Shown: positions 21,531 through 31,362 of the stretch, one piece after another
Layout of the letters: every line of letters starts with the position of its first letter
Position numbering within the stretch: position 1 is the first letter of the stretch
Assembly: GCA_963783385.1 (NCBI GenBank)
Contig: CAWANJ010000009.1
Span: forward strand, 1 to 64,000
Reading direction: 5' to 3'
Source: an uncultured Gemmatimonadales bacterium
Lineage (GTDB): Bacteria > Gemmatimonadota > Gemmatimonadetes > Palauibacterales > Palauibacteraceae
DNA length: 64,000 nucleotides
The notes under the pieces: model-generated
The model's database searches: none
Told to the model about the DNA's origin: nothing
Seen by the model: the letters and a program-made list of their open reading frames with translations, nothing else
Program-made: the position numbers and the translations under genes

Positions 21531-23066
21531 CTACGGCGTCGCCGCCTTCGCCGGTCCTTCGGGGGGGGCGACCGGGTCGCGACTGCTCGGCAAGAGGTTC
21601 TCGCCCTCCTGGAGCAGCTCCGACTGCTGCGCCTGCTCCTCGATCACGGCGGACTCGCTGTACAGCCCGGCCTCCGCCTTCGTGGAGACCACGTCGTGCT
21701 CCTCCGGCACCCCGGCCACGACGCTTGCACGCGGAACGGCGGCGCGCGCCTCATCCGGCTTCCCTTCGCGCATGGTGATGGGGACGCCCCGAGGGAAGAC
21801 GACCTCCCGGGCTTCGTCGGGCATCGAGATCCCCGCCTGCTGGAAGGCGCGCTTCACCAGCCGGATCACCGAGGAGCGCACCTTCAGCCAGCTGTGCGTC
21901 CGCCCGTCGAGCCAGAAGTAGATGCGCAGCTTGACGGTGGCGCTGCCCAGGCCGTCGACCAACACCGAGGGCTCCGGGTCCTTCAGGACCGCGGGGTGCT
22001 CCGCCAGGACCTTCCGCGCGGTTTCCTGGGCCGAGTCGATCGCGTCGTCGTAGCCGATTCCGACGACGAAGCTCTCCCGCCGGTTGGCGTTGGTCGTGTA
22101 GTTGGTGATGGTGCTCTTGTAGACGCTGGCGTTGGGGATCTGCGTCAGGTTGCCGTCCAGGGTCATCAGGATCGTCGTGCGGATGTTCAGGCGCTGCACG
22201 TACCCGGTCACGCCCGATATCTCGACCAGGTCCCCGGTCTCGAACGGCCGCTGCATGCTGAGGAAGATGCTGGACAGGAAGTTCTCGGTGATGTCACGGA
22301 ACGCGATGCCGATGATCAGGCCGATCAGGCCGGTGCCGCCGACCAGCGTCAGCGCGAGCTGCGTCCGGCCGGCGACCCTCAGGATGAGATAGAACCCGCA
22401 GAGAACCACGAGCGTGCCCACGCTCCGGGCGATCACGCTCCGAAGAAGCCTTGCCTGGATCCGGACTCGCACCAGCCGCAGGGTCGCTCGCGTCGCCAGC
22501 ATGGCCGCTCCGAACGACGCGGCCAGGATGAGCAGCCCGAGGAGGAAGAAGGGCAGCGCCCGGACGAAGTCGCGCCACAGCATCGACACGCTCGACCACT
22601 CTCGGCTGAAGTCCCACACCGGGGGCTCCACGACCTCCAGACGGTTGACCACGGCGACGACGTCCTGGGTGCTGCGCGCCAGATCGCCGGCCCATGTCCT
22701 GAGCTCGGCGGAATCGACTCGACCGTCGAGGAAGACGACTCCCTGCTCGACTCGGACTCGTGGGTCGGTGAACCAGTCCGTGGCCTCCAGCACGCTCTGG
22801 ATGCGCTCGCGGATCTCCTCGTCGTGGGCGACCGGGTTCACGTCGACCCTCGCCGCCGCCTGGGAGAGCTCTTGCTTCACGTTCGCGGCCGGCTTCGGCG
22901 AGACCTCCGCCTTGTGGACCGGCTCCTGCGCGAGGACCCTCGAGGTCAGCGGGCAGCACAGGGCGGCGAGCAACGCGGCCCGACGGAGCAGCGCGCGGCG
23001 GCGGTGCCGGAGTCGGGTCCGGTCGCCGCGCAGGGCGCGATCCGGCAAAGCGGCCGTGCTATCCAT
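21531..23066 (-). CDS. BON-domain MscS mechanosensitive channel
   Basis: BON (GVVFLDG..VVAVVNRL), TMs, AFRDITENFLSSI, PFETGDLVEI, IPNA. Confidence 0.9.
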   Translation of the reverse strand: MDSTAALPDRALRGDRTRLRHRRRALLRRAALLAALCCPLTSRVLAQEPVHKAEVSPKPAANVKQELSQAAARVDVNPVAHDEEIRERIQSVLEATDWFTDPRVRVEQGVVFLDGRVDSAELRTWAGDLARSTQDVVAVVNRLEVVEPPVWDFSREWSSVSMLWRDFVRALPFFLLGLLILAASFGAAMLATRATLRLVRVRIQARLLRSVIARSVGTLVVLCGFYLILRVAGRTQLALTLVGGTGLIGLIIGIAFRDITENFLSSIFLSMQRPFETGDLVEISGVTGYVQRLNIRTTILMTLDGNLTQIPNASVYKSTITNYTTNANRRESFVVGIGYDDAIDSAQETARKVLAEHPAVLKDPEPSVLVDGLGSATVKLRIYFWLDGRTHSWLKVRSSVIRLVKRAFQQAGISMPDEAREVVFPRGVPITMREGKPDEARAAVPRASVVAGVPEEHDVVSTKAEAGLYSESAVIEEQAQQSELLQEGENLLPSSRDPVAPPEGPAKAATP

Positions 23067-23308
23067 TCATCGGCGCTCCCTCACGACGCTGCTCGTCCGA
23101 CTGCCGATGACGCCGATGGCGTGCCGCATGCTCGCCATTATGGCCACGTTGCCAGCGGCGCACGGATGGGTAATCGAAAGGCCCTCTTGGGCCGAAAAGC
23201 ATCGTAGGGGGCGGGTGGAGGAGGAGCAAGCGTGGAGGGTTGAGGCGGAAGGCGGTGCAGAGTGACGAGGCGAGGAAGGGACGCGAGTGGGGGATGGCGG
23301 CAGGGGCG

Positions 23309-23380
23309 ATGCCGTGAAGTGAGACCTGTCCGATGGAAGAGCGAGCGAAGTTCGTCCTGGAAGCTGCACGTCGCGATAGG
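23309..23380 (+). mobile_element. IS481-family transposase N-terminal remnant
   Basis: MP*SETCPMEERAKFVLEA resembles the MPW.E...M.ER.KFV start of IS481-type transposases, with W mutated to TGA. Confidence 0.55.
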
Positions 23381-23401
23381 CCGGCCCCTGACCCTGGACG
23401 C

Positions 23402-24052
23402 TCACTTCCCCCATTCCGGCGCCGCCAGATCTATCCGCCAGACCGGCCCCATATAGAGCGGCCCTTCGAAGCGCACGAACTTCGGCACACCCTCCGTCAC
23501 GATCCAGACGTGGGAGTCGGGCGGCATCTTGCCGAGGAGCCTGGCAAAGAGGCTGGTGAGCGCGCCGAGCTGCGGCTCCAGTTTGTACTCGACCATCGCT
23601 TCCTTGCGCTGGCCATTGAGGACGTGCTGTTCCGCCACCGGAGACAGCTCGAGTCCGATCAGCCTCGGCTCGGGTGTGAACGCGACCAGGTGCACCGTCC
23701 GGTTTTCACCGGGCTCGAGATTCTTGAGCAGAATGATCGGCAGGCCGTTGGATACGTCCGCCGGCAGGTGGAGCGTGTCCTCCCACGTCTCCAGTTTCTC
23801 CTCGAAGTACGACGAGTCGGCAAAATGAAAGATCATGCGGCTCTCGACGCTCTTCTCATGCGGCACCTGCAGCAGATCGCCGGACGCGAGCGGAACGCCG
23901 TCAGCGGTGCTGAGCGTCAGAAAGCCGTGAAGTATGCCTTCGGCATGGCGGACTGGAACGGGACCGGAATCGCTCTGGCGCTCCGCATGGGCGGCGCAGG
24001 CCAGCGCCCCGATAGCCAGTACGGTTGAAACGCGCGCGGTTCGATGGAGCAT
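23402..24052 (-). CDS. Secreted/lipoprotein hypothetical protein
   Basis: Signal peptide; VRHAEGILHGFLTL, ASGDLLQ, FVRFEGPLY..GPVWRI; possibly internally shortened. Confidence 0.6.
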   Translation of the reverse strand: MLHRTARVSTVLAIGALACAAHAERQSDSGPVPVRHAEGILHGFLTLSTADGVPLASGDLLQVPHEKSVESRMIFHFADSSYFEEKLETWEDTLHLPADVSNGLPIILLKNLEPGENRTVHLVAFTPEPRLIGLELSPVAEQHVLNGQRKEAMVEYKLEPQLGALTSLFARLLGKMPPDSHVWIVTEGVPKFVRFEGPLYMGPVWRIDLAAPEWGK

Positions 24053-24140
24053 CCAGCACCTCCGGCCTTCGATGACAGGGGCCCGTCGCACGTGCCGCCA
24101 GGGTTCACTCCCCTCGCTCGCGCCCGGTCCCATGGCCCGC

Positions 24141-25862
24141 TCAGTCCCGCCCCGGTTCGCCGGCCATGACGGCCTGGACGATGCCCAGCGCCTCCTGGAG
24201 GATACGCTCCAGGTGCGAGGGGTCCCGAAAGCTCTCGGCGTAGATCCTGGCCATGTCCTCCGTGCCGGAGGGGCGGGCGGCGAACCAGCCGTGGTCGGCG
24301 ACGACCTTGAGTCCGCCGATCGAAGCCCCGTTTCCCGGGGCCTCCGTGAGCCGGGCCCGGATCGGTTCCCCGGCCAGATCGGAGGCTTCAACCTGCTCGG
24401 GTCCGAGCCCGGCGAGCCGGGTCTTCTCCTCCGGGCTCGCGGGTAGCTCCACGCGTCGGTCGAAGGGCTCGCCCGCGCGGGCCGTCAGCTCCCGGTAGGC
24501 CTCGCCCGGGTCCCGCCCGGTCCGCGCCGTCATCTCGGCCGCGAGGAGCGCGGCCACGATGCCGTCCTTGTCGGTGGTCCACACGCCTCCGTCGCGGCGG
24601 AGGAACGAGGCGCCCGCGCTCTCTTCGCCCGCGAAGCCCAGCGTCTCGTCGAGGAGCCCCTCGACGAACCACTTGAACCCGACCGAGACCTCGTACAGCG
24701 CCCGCCCGAGCGAGTCGGCCACCCGGTCCAGGAGGGAGCTGGTGACCACCGTCTTGCCCACGCGAAGCTCGCTCTCCCAGGCGGGGCGGTGCGTGAACAG
24801 GTACTCGGCCGCCACGGCCAGGTAGTGGTTGGGTGGCAGGAGGCCGTCGCCCCGGGTGACGATCCCGTGTCGGTCGTGGTCCGTGTCGCACGCGAAGGCG
24901 ACGTCGAAGCGGTCGGCCAGCGCGAGGAGCCGCTGCATGGCGTAGGGCGAGGACGGATCCATCCGGATCCTCCCGTCCCAGTCCACGGTCATGAAGCGGA
25001 ACGTGGGATCCACGATGTCGCTGACGATCGTCAGGTCCAGGCCGAAGCGGTCCGCGATGGCCGGCCAGTAGCGGACACCGGCGCCCCCGAGTGGATCGAC
25101 GCCCACGTGGACGCGTGCCTCGCGGATCACCTCGAGGTCGAGGACGGACGGGAGGTCCATCACGTAGGCATTCAGGTAGTCGTGGCGGTGGGTCGTCGAG
25201 GCGCGCAGGGCCCGGGCGAAGGGCATGCGGCGGACGCCGGGGAGGCCGTTCCGGAGGATCTCGTTGGCGCGTGCTTCGATCCATCCGGTGACCTTCTCTC
25301 CAGCCGGACCGCCATGTGGAGGGTTGTACTTGAACCCGCCGTCCTCCGGCGGATTGTGGGAGGGCGTGACCACGACGCCGTCGGCCAGCCCGGCGGCTCG
25401 CCCCCGGTTGTAGTCCAGGATGGCGTGCGAGACGGCCGGCGTGGGCGTGTAGGCTCCGTCCGGCGCGATCATCACCTCGACCCCGTGGGCCGCGAGGACC
25501 TCGAGGGCAGTGGTGACGGCCGGCTCGGACAGGGCGTGCGTATCGCGTCCGAGGAAGAGCGGCCCGTCGATGCCCCGCTGCCGCCGGTAGTCGCAGATGG
25601 CCTCCGAGATGGCCAGGATGTGCGCCTCGTTGAAGCTTCGCTCGAGGGAGGAGCCCCGGTGGCCGGAGGTGCCGAAGGCGACCCTCTCGGCCGGCAGCGA
25701 GGGGTCGGGCCGCTCGGCGAAGTAGGCCGTGACCAGTCGCGGGATGTCCGCCAGGAGATCGGGTGGGGCCGGTCGGCCGGCGAGCGGGCTCACGCCCGGC
25801 GCGGGCGGCAACCCGGTGTCCCGGGACTCCGCGCCCGGCGCGGACGCGCCCGGTACGGTCAC
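24141..25862 (-). CDS. pgm: Phosphoglucomutase
   Basis: FGTSGHRG, TPSHNPP, DTDHDRHG, GEESAG, RPSGTED; start uncertain. Confidence 0.95.
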   Translation of the reverse strand: MTVPGASAPGAESRDTGLPPAPGVSPLAGRPAPPDLLADIPRLVTAYFAERPDPSLPAERVAFGTSGHRGSSLERSFNEAHILAISEAICDYRRQRGIDGPLFLGRDTHALSEPAVTTALEVLAAHGVEVMIAPDGAYTPTPAVSHAILDYNRGRAAGLADGVVVTPSHNPPEDGGFKYNPPHGGPAGEKVTGWIEARANEILRNGLPGVRRMPFARALRASTTHRHDYLNAYVMDLPSVLDLEVIREARVHVGVDPLGGAGVRYWPAIADRFGLDLTIVSDIVDPTFRFMTVDWDGRIRMDPSSPYAMQRLLALADRFDVAFACDTDHDRHGIVTRGDGLLPPNHYLAVAAEYLFTHRPAWESELRVGKTVVTSSLLDRVADSLGRALYEVSVGFKWFVEGLLDETLGFAGEESAGASFLRRDGGVWTTDKDGIVAALLAAEMTARTGRDPGEAYRELTARAGEPFDRRVELPASPEEKTRLAGLGPEQVEASDLAGEPIRARLTEAPGNGASIGGLKVVADHGWFAARPSGTEDMARIYAESFRDPSHLERILQEALGIVQAVMAGEPGRD

Positions 25863-26132
25863 GGCGGTGGACGCGGGCCGTGCGGTCGCGCCTCGTCGGG
25901 TTCCTGCGTCATCGTGGACTCCTCCTCCATGCTCGGCACGTCGACGCCGCCGCGGCGTTCGGTTGCCCCGGGCCACGGTCGCTCGGCCGGCAAGCAGCCT
26001 GTCGTGGATCGTAGGCGACGAGGCGTCCTGCCGAACGTCGCCATCTCGACGCGGCCCGCTCGATCCCCCTCGCGATCCGTCCCACGGACCGATGGCAGGT
26101 GGTTCACCCGGGCGCGAGCTAGCGCTGGAGGT

Positions 26133-26762
26133 TCATCCGCCCGGCCCCTCTTCCCGCTTCCGCCCGCCCGCCCGCTCCACGGCGCCCGCCAGGACCGCGT
26201 AAGGCTGACAGCCCACCACGGCCTCCTCACCGATGAGGAACGTCGGGATGCCGGTCACGCCGGCCGCGATGGACTCGCGGCGGACGGCGTCGACCCGCCC
26301 CAGGTAACCGGGATCGTCCATGGCACCCACCGCGGCGTCGGGCTCCACGCCGGCGGCCTCGGCGACCCGGCGCACCACGGCCTCCCTCTCCAGGTCCTCG
26401 CCCCGGCGCCAGTAGGCGTTCATCGCTGCCTCGCGGAACGCGTCGAGCCGATCCTGGTCCCGGGCGCATTCGGCCGCCGCCAGCACGCGCCGGGTGTTGG
26501 GGACGTGGTCGGGCTGGCGCATGTCGTCGATGCCGAACCGCGCCGCGAACCCGCGCATGTACTCGCGCATCGATGCCACCCGCTCGACGCCCAGCAGGCG
26601 AGCGACGTCCTCGCCTCCCTCGGGCGTCTCCGGGTGGAGCTCGAAGCCCCGCCAGTTCACCTCAATGTCGTACTCCTCGTGCAGCCGATCCAGGCTGCTG
26701 TGCTCCGCGATGAAGCAGAACGGTCAGACGAAATCGGAATAGAGTCGTATGTCGACGCTCAT
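26133..26762 (-). CDS. DsbA/FrnE-family oxidoreductase, probable selenoprotein (UxxC)
   Basis: MSVDIRLYSDFV-TGA-PFCFIA...FELHPETP...GVTGIPTFLIG; TGA (26724-26726) occupies the first Cys of CxxC. Confidence 0.85.
26681..26723 (-). promoter_or_regulatory. Bacterial SECIS-like hairpin
   Basis: GCAGCC-UGGAUC-GGCUGC stem-loop; loop starts 31 nt after the UGA and has G at position 2. Confidence 0.6.
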
Positions 26763-27052
26763 GGTCCCCCCGGGTGCGGGTACGTGTGGTCCATCGGTGA
26801 GGCGCAACGCCCATGCCGTCCGCACCCTGGGAACCAGAACGGCACTCGGCCCCGGGCTATGTCCGGGTGCAAGGAGGATGGCAGCCACCCTCTCCGACGC
26901 CCGCCGGTGCTCAGGCGCCTGGGGACGGGTGTGAGCTCGCAGAGTTCGGGAGCGTACTCGGCGTGCCAGCGAATGAGGTAGTCGACCAGCTCCGACAACG
27001 GCCTTGCCCTGTCCCATTCCTCGAGCGCGGCGACATCCACGGTGGCGGGGCG

Positions 27053-28138
27053 CTACGCCTCGTCCTCGTCCAGCTCCGATACGAGCACGTTGCTCGCGAG
27101 GTCGTCGTGGAGGCGGGCGAGCAGGTCGTCCTCCGGCAGCTTCCCGATCACGGCCTGCATCTTCCTCAGGGCCCGGTCGCTGGGGAAGGCCAGGTTGCAG
27201 ACCGGATCGCCCGGCGAGACCGCCGGCAGCGTGGTGAGGCCGAGCACGACCGCATCGCGCGGAGCTGTCACCACGTTCTGACGACGGCCCACGAGGCTCG
27301 TGTTCGTCGCGATCGGCTGGTCCTTCTCGATCACATCGCCGGCGTGTACGTGGAAGGTCAGGAACCCGCCGGCGGAGGCCCGGATCCACTTCGTCTCCTC
27401 GGCCACGATCCGGTAGGCGGGCTCGACCACCTCGCCGTCGATCATCTCGAGCCCCACGAGCACGTTCCGGATCCCGCGCAGGGTGTACTCGACGACCGCG
27501 GGCTCGACCTTCCAGATCTCGCCCGCCTCGAGGATGAGCGTGGCGCACCCCGCCTTCACCGCCTCCCGCCTCAGGCTCCCCGCGGGCCCCTTTCCGTTCA
27601 GGGTCAGCTGGGCCCCGAACAGCGAGGCCAGCCGGCCGGTCGCCTCCTGGTCCATGTCGGCGCGCGCGTTCGGGAAGTTCGTCCGCCTCGCCGAGGCGGT
27701 ATGGAGGTCGATCCCGTAGTTGGAGCGGCCCACGATGTTGTCGTAGATGACCCGGGCGAGACGGCTGGTGAGGCTCCCCCTGGTCAGGCCCGGGAAGGAC
27801 CGGTTCAGGTCCCGGCGGTCGGGCGAGTACCGGCTGAGCTGCTCGAAGCCCGGGATGTTCACGACGGGCACCAGGATCAGACTCCCCGACCGGAGCTCGA
27901 ACGGCCGCTCCAGGATGAGATGCCGGATCGTGCCGGTCCCGTTGAGCTCGTCCCCGTGCACGGCGGCGGTGACGAACACCGTCGGGCCCGGCCGCTCGCC
28001 GCGCCACACGTGGACGGGGACGCGGATCCTGGCTCCGCTGTAGCTCTTGCTCACCGTGAGCGCGAGGTCGGCCTGCTCACCCGGCGCGATCTTGCGGCGT
28101 CCCCACACGCCGACAGTCTTGCGCGCTCTCCTGGCCAT
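27053..28138 (-). CDS. Succinylglutamate desuccinylase/aspartoacylase family (M14)
   Basis: AAVHGDELNG, DLNRSFPG, GIDLHTAS, EAGE. Confidence 0.9.
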   Translation of the reverse strand: MARRARKTVGVWGRRKIAPGEQADLALTVSKSYSGARIRVPVHVWRGERPGPTVFVTAAVHGDELNGTGTIRHLILERPFELRSGSLILVPVVNIPGFEQLSRYSPDRRDLNRSFPGLTRGSLTSRLARVIYDNIVGRSNYGIDLHTASARRTNFPNARADMDQEATGRLASLFGAQLTLNGKGPAGSLRREAVKAGCATLILEAGEIWKVEPAVVEYTLRGIRNVLVGLEMIDGEVVEPAYRIVAEETKWIRASAGGFLTFHVHAGDVIEKDQPIATNTSLVGRRQNVVTAPRDAVVLGLTTLPAVSPGDPVCNLAFPSDRALRKMQAVIGKLPEDDLLARLHDDLASNVLVSELDEDEA

Positions 28139-29376
28139 CAGGGGGCGAGACCCTCCAGGGGAGGCGCGGGCTCCGGGGTCGCGGCGGCCGGCGAGCCCGC
28201 CCCCGGCTGGAGCTTCTGGACCTTAGACGGCTTTCCCTTGCGCCGCGCCGGCACGAGGTCCCGCATGTGCTCCAGCTTGCCGTAGCACAGCAACCGGTCG
28301 TGGGGCTCGAGCACCCGGCTGCTCTTCGGATTCGAGATGACGTTCACCTCACGGGTCAGCGTGAGCACGACGATGTCCTTGCTCCGGAGTCCGGATTCCG
28401 CGAGTGTCTGCCCGACCAGGTTCGAGCTCTCCCCGATCGTGAGCTCCGTGACCCCGTAGCCGGCCGTGACCGTCAGCCGCTGGCGGATGTCGAGCTCGGG
28501 GAAGCTCACCTGTCCCGCCATGTAGTCGATGATGGCGCCGGCCACGTCGAGCCCGGTGGCCCCCTCGATCCCCTCGAGTCCGGGGGAGGAGTTCACCTCC
28601 ATCACCTGCGGCCCCTCTCTCCCCTCCAGCATGTCGACGCCGGCCACCTTGAGCCCCATGATCTGCGCCGAGCGGACCGCCGTGTCCGCGAAGACCGGGT
28701 CGAGCTCGACCGCCTGGGCCTGTCCCCCGCGGTGGACGTTGCTGCGGAAATCCCCGCCCTGGGCGACCCGCCGCATCGCGGCCACCACGCGATCGCCGAC
28801 CACGAAGGCGCGGATGTCCCGGCCGGCGCTTTCTCCGACGAACTTCTGGATGAGGACGTTCTGCTTCGTGCTCTGGAGCGTCTCGATGATGGCCGCCGCG
28901 ATCTTCACCGAATCGGCCAGGATCACCCCGACCCCCTGCGTGCCCTCGAGGAGCTTGATGATGACCGGCGCCCCGCCCACATGCTCGATGGCCGGCAGGA
29001 CATCCTCCTTGCGGCGTACGAAGGAGGTGGGAGGGATTCCGAGGTCGTGGCGGCTCAGGATCTGGAGCGCGCGGAGCTTGTCCCGCGAGTTGGCGATACC
29101 GTTCGCGGAGTTCGGCGTGTACACGTCGAGCTGCTCGAACTGCCGCACGAGTGCGGTCCCGTAGTAGGTGATGGACGCCCCGATCCTGGGGAGGATGGCG
29201 TCATAGTGGCTGAGGCGCTTGCCGCGAAAGTAGAGGTCCGGCGCGCGGGGCCGGAGCTCGATCGAGAACTTGAGCGTGTCCAGCACCTTCACTGTGTGCC
29301 CCCGCGCCGCGGCGGCCTCGCGCAGCCGGCGCGTGCTGTAGCACCGGGGTGCCCGTGAAAGGATGGCCAGCTTCAT
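28138..29376 (-). CDS. rimK: RimK-family ATP-grasp ligase with C-terminal TrkA-C domain
   Basis: YSTRRL, RDKLRALQIL, KLLEGTQG.GV, FRSNVHRGG, EVNSSPGLEGIE. Confidence 0.93.
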   Translation of the reverse strand: MKLAILSRAPRCYSTRRLREAAAARGHTVKVLDTLKFSIELRPRAPDLYFRGKRLSHYDAILPRIGASITYYGTALVRQFEQLDVYTPNSANGIANSRDKLRALQILSRHDLGIPPTSFVRRKEDVLPAIEHVGGAPVIIKLLEGTQGVGVILADSVKIAAAIIETLQSTKQNVLIQKFVGESAGRDIRAFVVGDRVVAAMRRVAQGGDFRSNVHRGGQAQAVELDPVFADTAVRSAQIMGLKVAGVDMLEGREGPQVMEVNSSPGLEGIEGATGLDVAGAIIDYMAGQVSFPELDIRQRLTVTAGYGVTELTIGESSNLVGQTLAESGLRSKDIVVLTLTREVNVISNPKSSRVLEPHDRLLCYGKLEHMRDLVPARRKGKPSKVQKLQPGAGSPAAATPEPAPPLEGLAP

Positions 29377-29927
29377 TTCTTTCTTCTCTTCGTGCGAGGA
29401 TCGTTGCCCCGAACCCGCTTCGCCCGTCTTCCGCCGACGTAGGACCCGCTCGGGTCCACGAGGAAACGGCCGCGGATGGCCTGACGCCCGAGCAACATCC
29501 GAAACCCCATGAGGTCCCGCCGCGTGAGCGTGAGCTCGATCGGCCAGCGCTCGCCGAGCAGCTCGATCTCCGAGGACACCACCGGCCGTTCTTCCAGGTT
29601 ACCGCCGGAATCGCGAACGCGCCTCCGTTCGACGAGCGGAAGCTCCACATCGATCTCCCAACCAGCGCTGTGCTGCTCCGGATGGATCTTGAAGCGGACG
29701 AGGGTCCTGCCGTGGCGCTCCACCTCCTCGAGGGCGAAGGCGTGGAGCGCGGACGTGCGCGCCCCCGTATCCACCTTGGCCTTGATCCATTCGATACCGA
29801 GGTCGGGAAAGCTCACCCACTCCCGCCACCCGATGACGCGTTCGGGGCCCGGGGGCTTCCCGCGTCCATCGCTTCGCTGCGCGCCCACCCCTACGACACC
29901 ACCGCTCGGTGCCGGACGGTCGTACAC
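29373..29927 (-). CDS. RimK-associated putative aspartic/Zn protease
   Basis: IGWREWV, KAKVDTGARTSALHA, MGFRMLLGR; start uncertain. Confidence 0.88.
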   Translation of the reverse strand: MYDRPAPSGGVVGVGAQRSDGRGKPPGPERVIGWREWVSFPDLGIEWIKAKVDTGARTSALHAFALEEVERHGRTLVRFKIHPEQHSAGWEIDVELPLVERRRVRDSGGNLEERPVVSSEIELLGERWPIELTLTRRDLMGFRMLLGRQAIRGRFLVDPSGSYVGGRRAKRVRGNDPRTKRRKK

Positions 29928-30077
29928 GCGGACACGATCCCTCCAACCATGGCGTCCCTCCGGGTCGGAAATCTACAGTCTAACAGGCCAGCATCGGCGC
30001 GACGAACGCGCGGGATCAGCCAGGGGGCCGGCCCATCACGATGCATGTCCCGTGCGCCCCCACGCTTGGGTCGGGCC

Positions 30078-30113
30078 CGCGCGCGGGCGGGCGTACGCGA
30101 CGGGCGGTGGTAG
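30078..30113 (+). repeat. Orphan copy of the protein X 3' end (RAGVRDGRW*)
   Basis: 29/36 identical to 11977-12012; mismatches are synonymous except one. Confidence 0.7.
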
Positions 30114-30204
30114 GGCCGTGTGGGGTTGATCTGTTGATCCTCGCTTGAGGCTGCGCCGGAGGCTAGGGGGCAAGTGAGCCACACCCGGTGGGTGGAGATG
30201 AGCG

Positions 30205-30405
30205 ATGAAGCCGGCAAGCCAACAAGGACCCCAGACCCGGGGCGCGAGCGACTCGGGACAGGACGTCGGTGCTCTGGCAGATGAGATCGTGCGCGGCTCC
30301 GCGGAGATTCAGGCGATGGAAGCCCAGTTGGCCAGACTCCGTGCGCGCTACGAGGAGCTCTCGAAGCATGGCGACACCGGTGGTGACCGGACCGGACTCC
30401 GCTGA
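30205..30405 (+). CDS. Small hypothetical coiled-coil protein
   Basis: 66-aa ORF preceded by GGAG; amphipathic helix. Confidence 0.35.
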   Translation: MKPASQQGPQTRGASDSGQDVGALADEIVRGSAEIQAMEAQLARLRARYEELSKHGDTGGDRTGLR

Positions 30406-30465
30406 CCGCGACGACGCGGATGGGGTATCTTCATACTCGACCGGGGGCACCATGGAGATAGAGGG

Positions 30466-30708
30466 ATGACATTGCCACAAAAGGATCTGGAGACCGCCGC
30501 TCTCGCGCTTCCTCGTGAGGAGCGGGCTCGTCTCGCTCGCCGGCTGATCGCGAGCCTGGAACACGAAGTAGAGGAAGCCTGGATCGCGGAGGTCAGAGAG
30601 CGCCTGTCGGCCTACGAGCGCGGTGACCTCGATGCTGTGTCCGCGGATGACGTCATTGCCGAGGGGAGACAGCAGGTCAGGGATGGTGCGTGGGGCTTCG
30701 CTTCCTGA
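30466..30708 (+). CDS. Addiction-module antitoxin component
   Basis: AALALPREERARLARRLIASL...EEAWIAEVRER..AYERG. Confidence 0.85.
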   Translation: MTLPQKDLETAALALPREERARLARRLIASLEHEVEEAWIAEVRERLSAYERGDLDAVSADDVIAEGRQQVRDGAWGFAS

Positions 30709-30961
30709 CGCCTGCGCGTCAGGAGTTCCTCGCCGCGGTCCGATACTACGAGAGGGCCCGGAGCGGTCTGGGTTCGAGTTCATCGACGAGATCGAGGACG
30801 TTCTTGCAGAACTTGCGACGAGCCCGTGGTCGGGCTCCCCATTCGGCGAGGGCGCGCGCCGAAGGCTCCTGCGTCGCTTCCCGTTCGAGGTCGTCTATAG
30901 CATTGGGGAGGAAGAGATCCTCGTGCTGGCGGTCGCGCACCAAAGCCGGCGCTTCTTCTAA
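30690..30961 (+). CDS. RelE/ParE-family toxin (one frameshift near 30770)
   Basis: ARQEFLAAVRYYE..RSGLG / EFIDEI...RRLLRRFPFEVVY...VLAVAHQSRR. Confidence 0.8.
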
Positions 30962-30999
30962 AGGCAGGATCGGCTCGACTGAGCTCCGTGGAGTCCCGC

Positions 31000-31362
31000 T
31001 CAGGCCGGTCCGATCCACCCGTACGTGTTCCGCACGGGATTCCCGTCGCCAGCGGCCTCGCTCCAGGCGGTGAGCGCCCGGAAGTGCGCCGCCAGGTCCG
31101 ACGGCGGGATCGCCGGGGAGAGGAACAGGACGCCTGGGAACTGCCGACCCCTCCGGGCCAGCTCCTCCACGAGCGGCGCGAAGTCTTGGTAGTTCCGCGT
31201 CACCACGACCCTTCCATCCTGCGCGGCGGCCAGCAGCAGATCGAGGTCGTCGGCGCCGCCGAGTCCCTCGTCCCCGGCGTGGACGACGTCCATCCCTTCC
31301 TCCCGCAGCCGGGCGCAGGCCCCGTGGTGGACGTGGACGTCGAACAGGAGAGGCGGGCTCAA
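31000..31362 (-). CDS. DUF5615 PIN-like toxin
   Basis: LLFDVHV, GMDVVH, DGRVVVTRNYQDF, FPGVL. Confidence 0.85.
   Translation of the reverse strand: MSPPLLFDVHVHHGACARLREEGMDVVHAGDEGLGGADDLDLLLAAAQDGRVVVTRNYQDFAPLVEELARRGRQFPGVLFLSPAIPPSDLAAHFRALTAWSEAAGDGNPVRNTYGWIGPA

Noticed and set aside
23312-23320. Second Sec/Trp-recoded TGA in MP*SETCP
   Set aside because: Lies in a short transposase remnant where Trp is expected; no SECIS seen; simple nonsense mutation
24789-26981. Long antisense ORFs such as 24789-26981, 37796-40027 and 14174-15916
   Set aside because: Shadow frames of real opposite-strand genes in high-GC DNA; Arg/Gly/Pro-rich with no motifs
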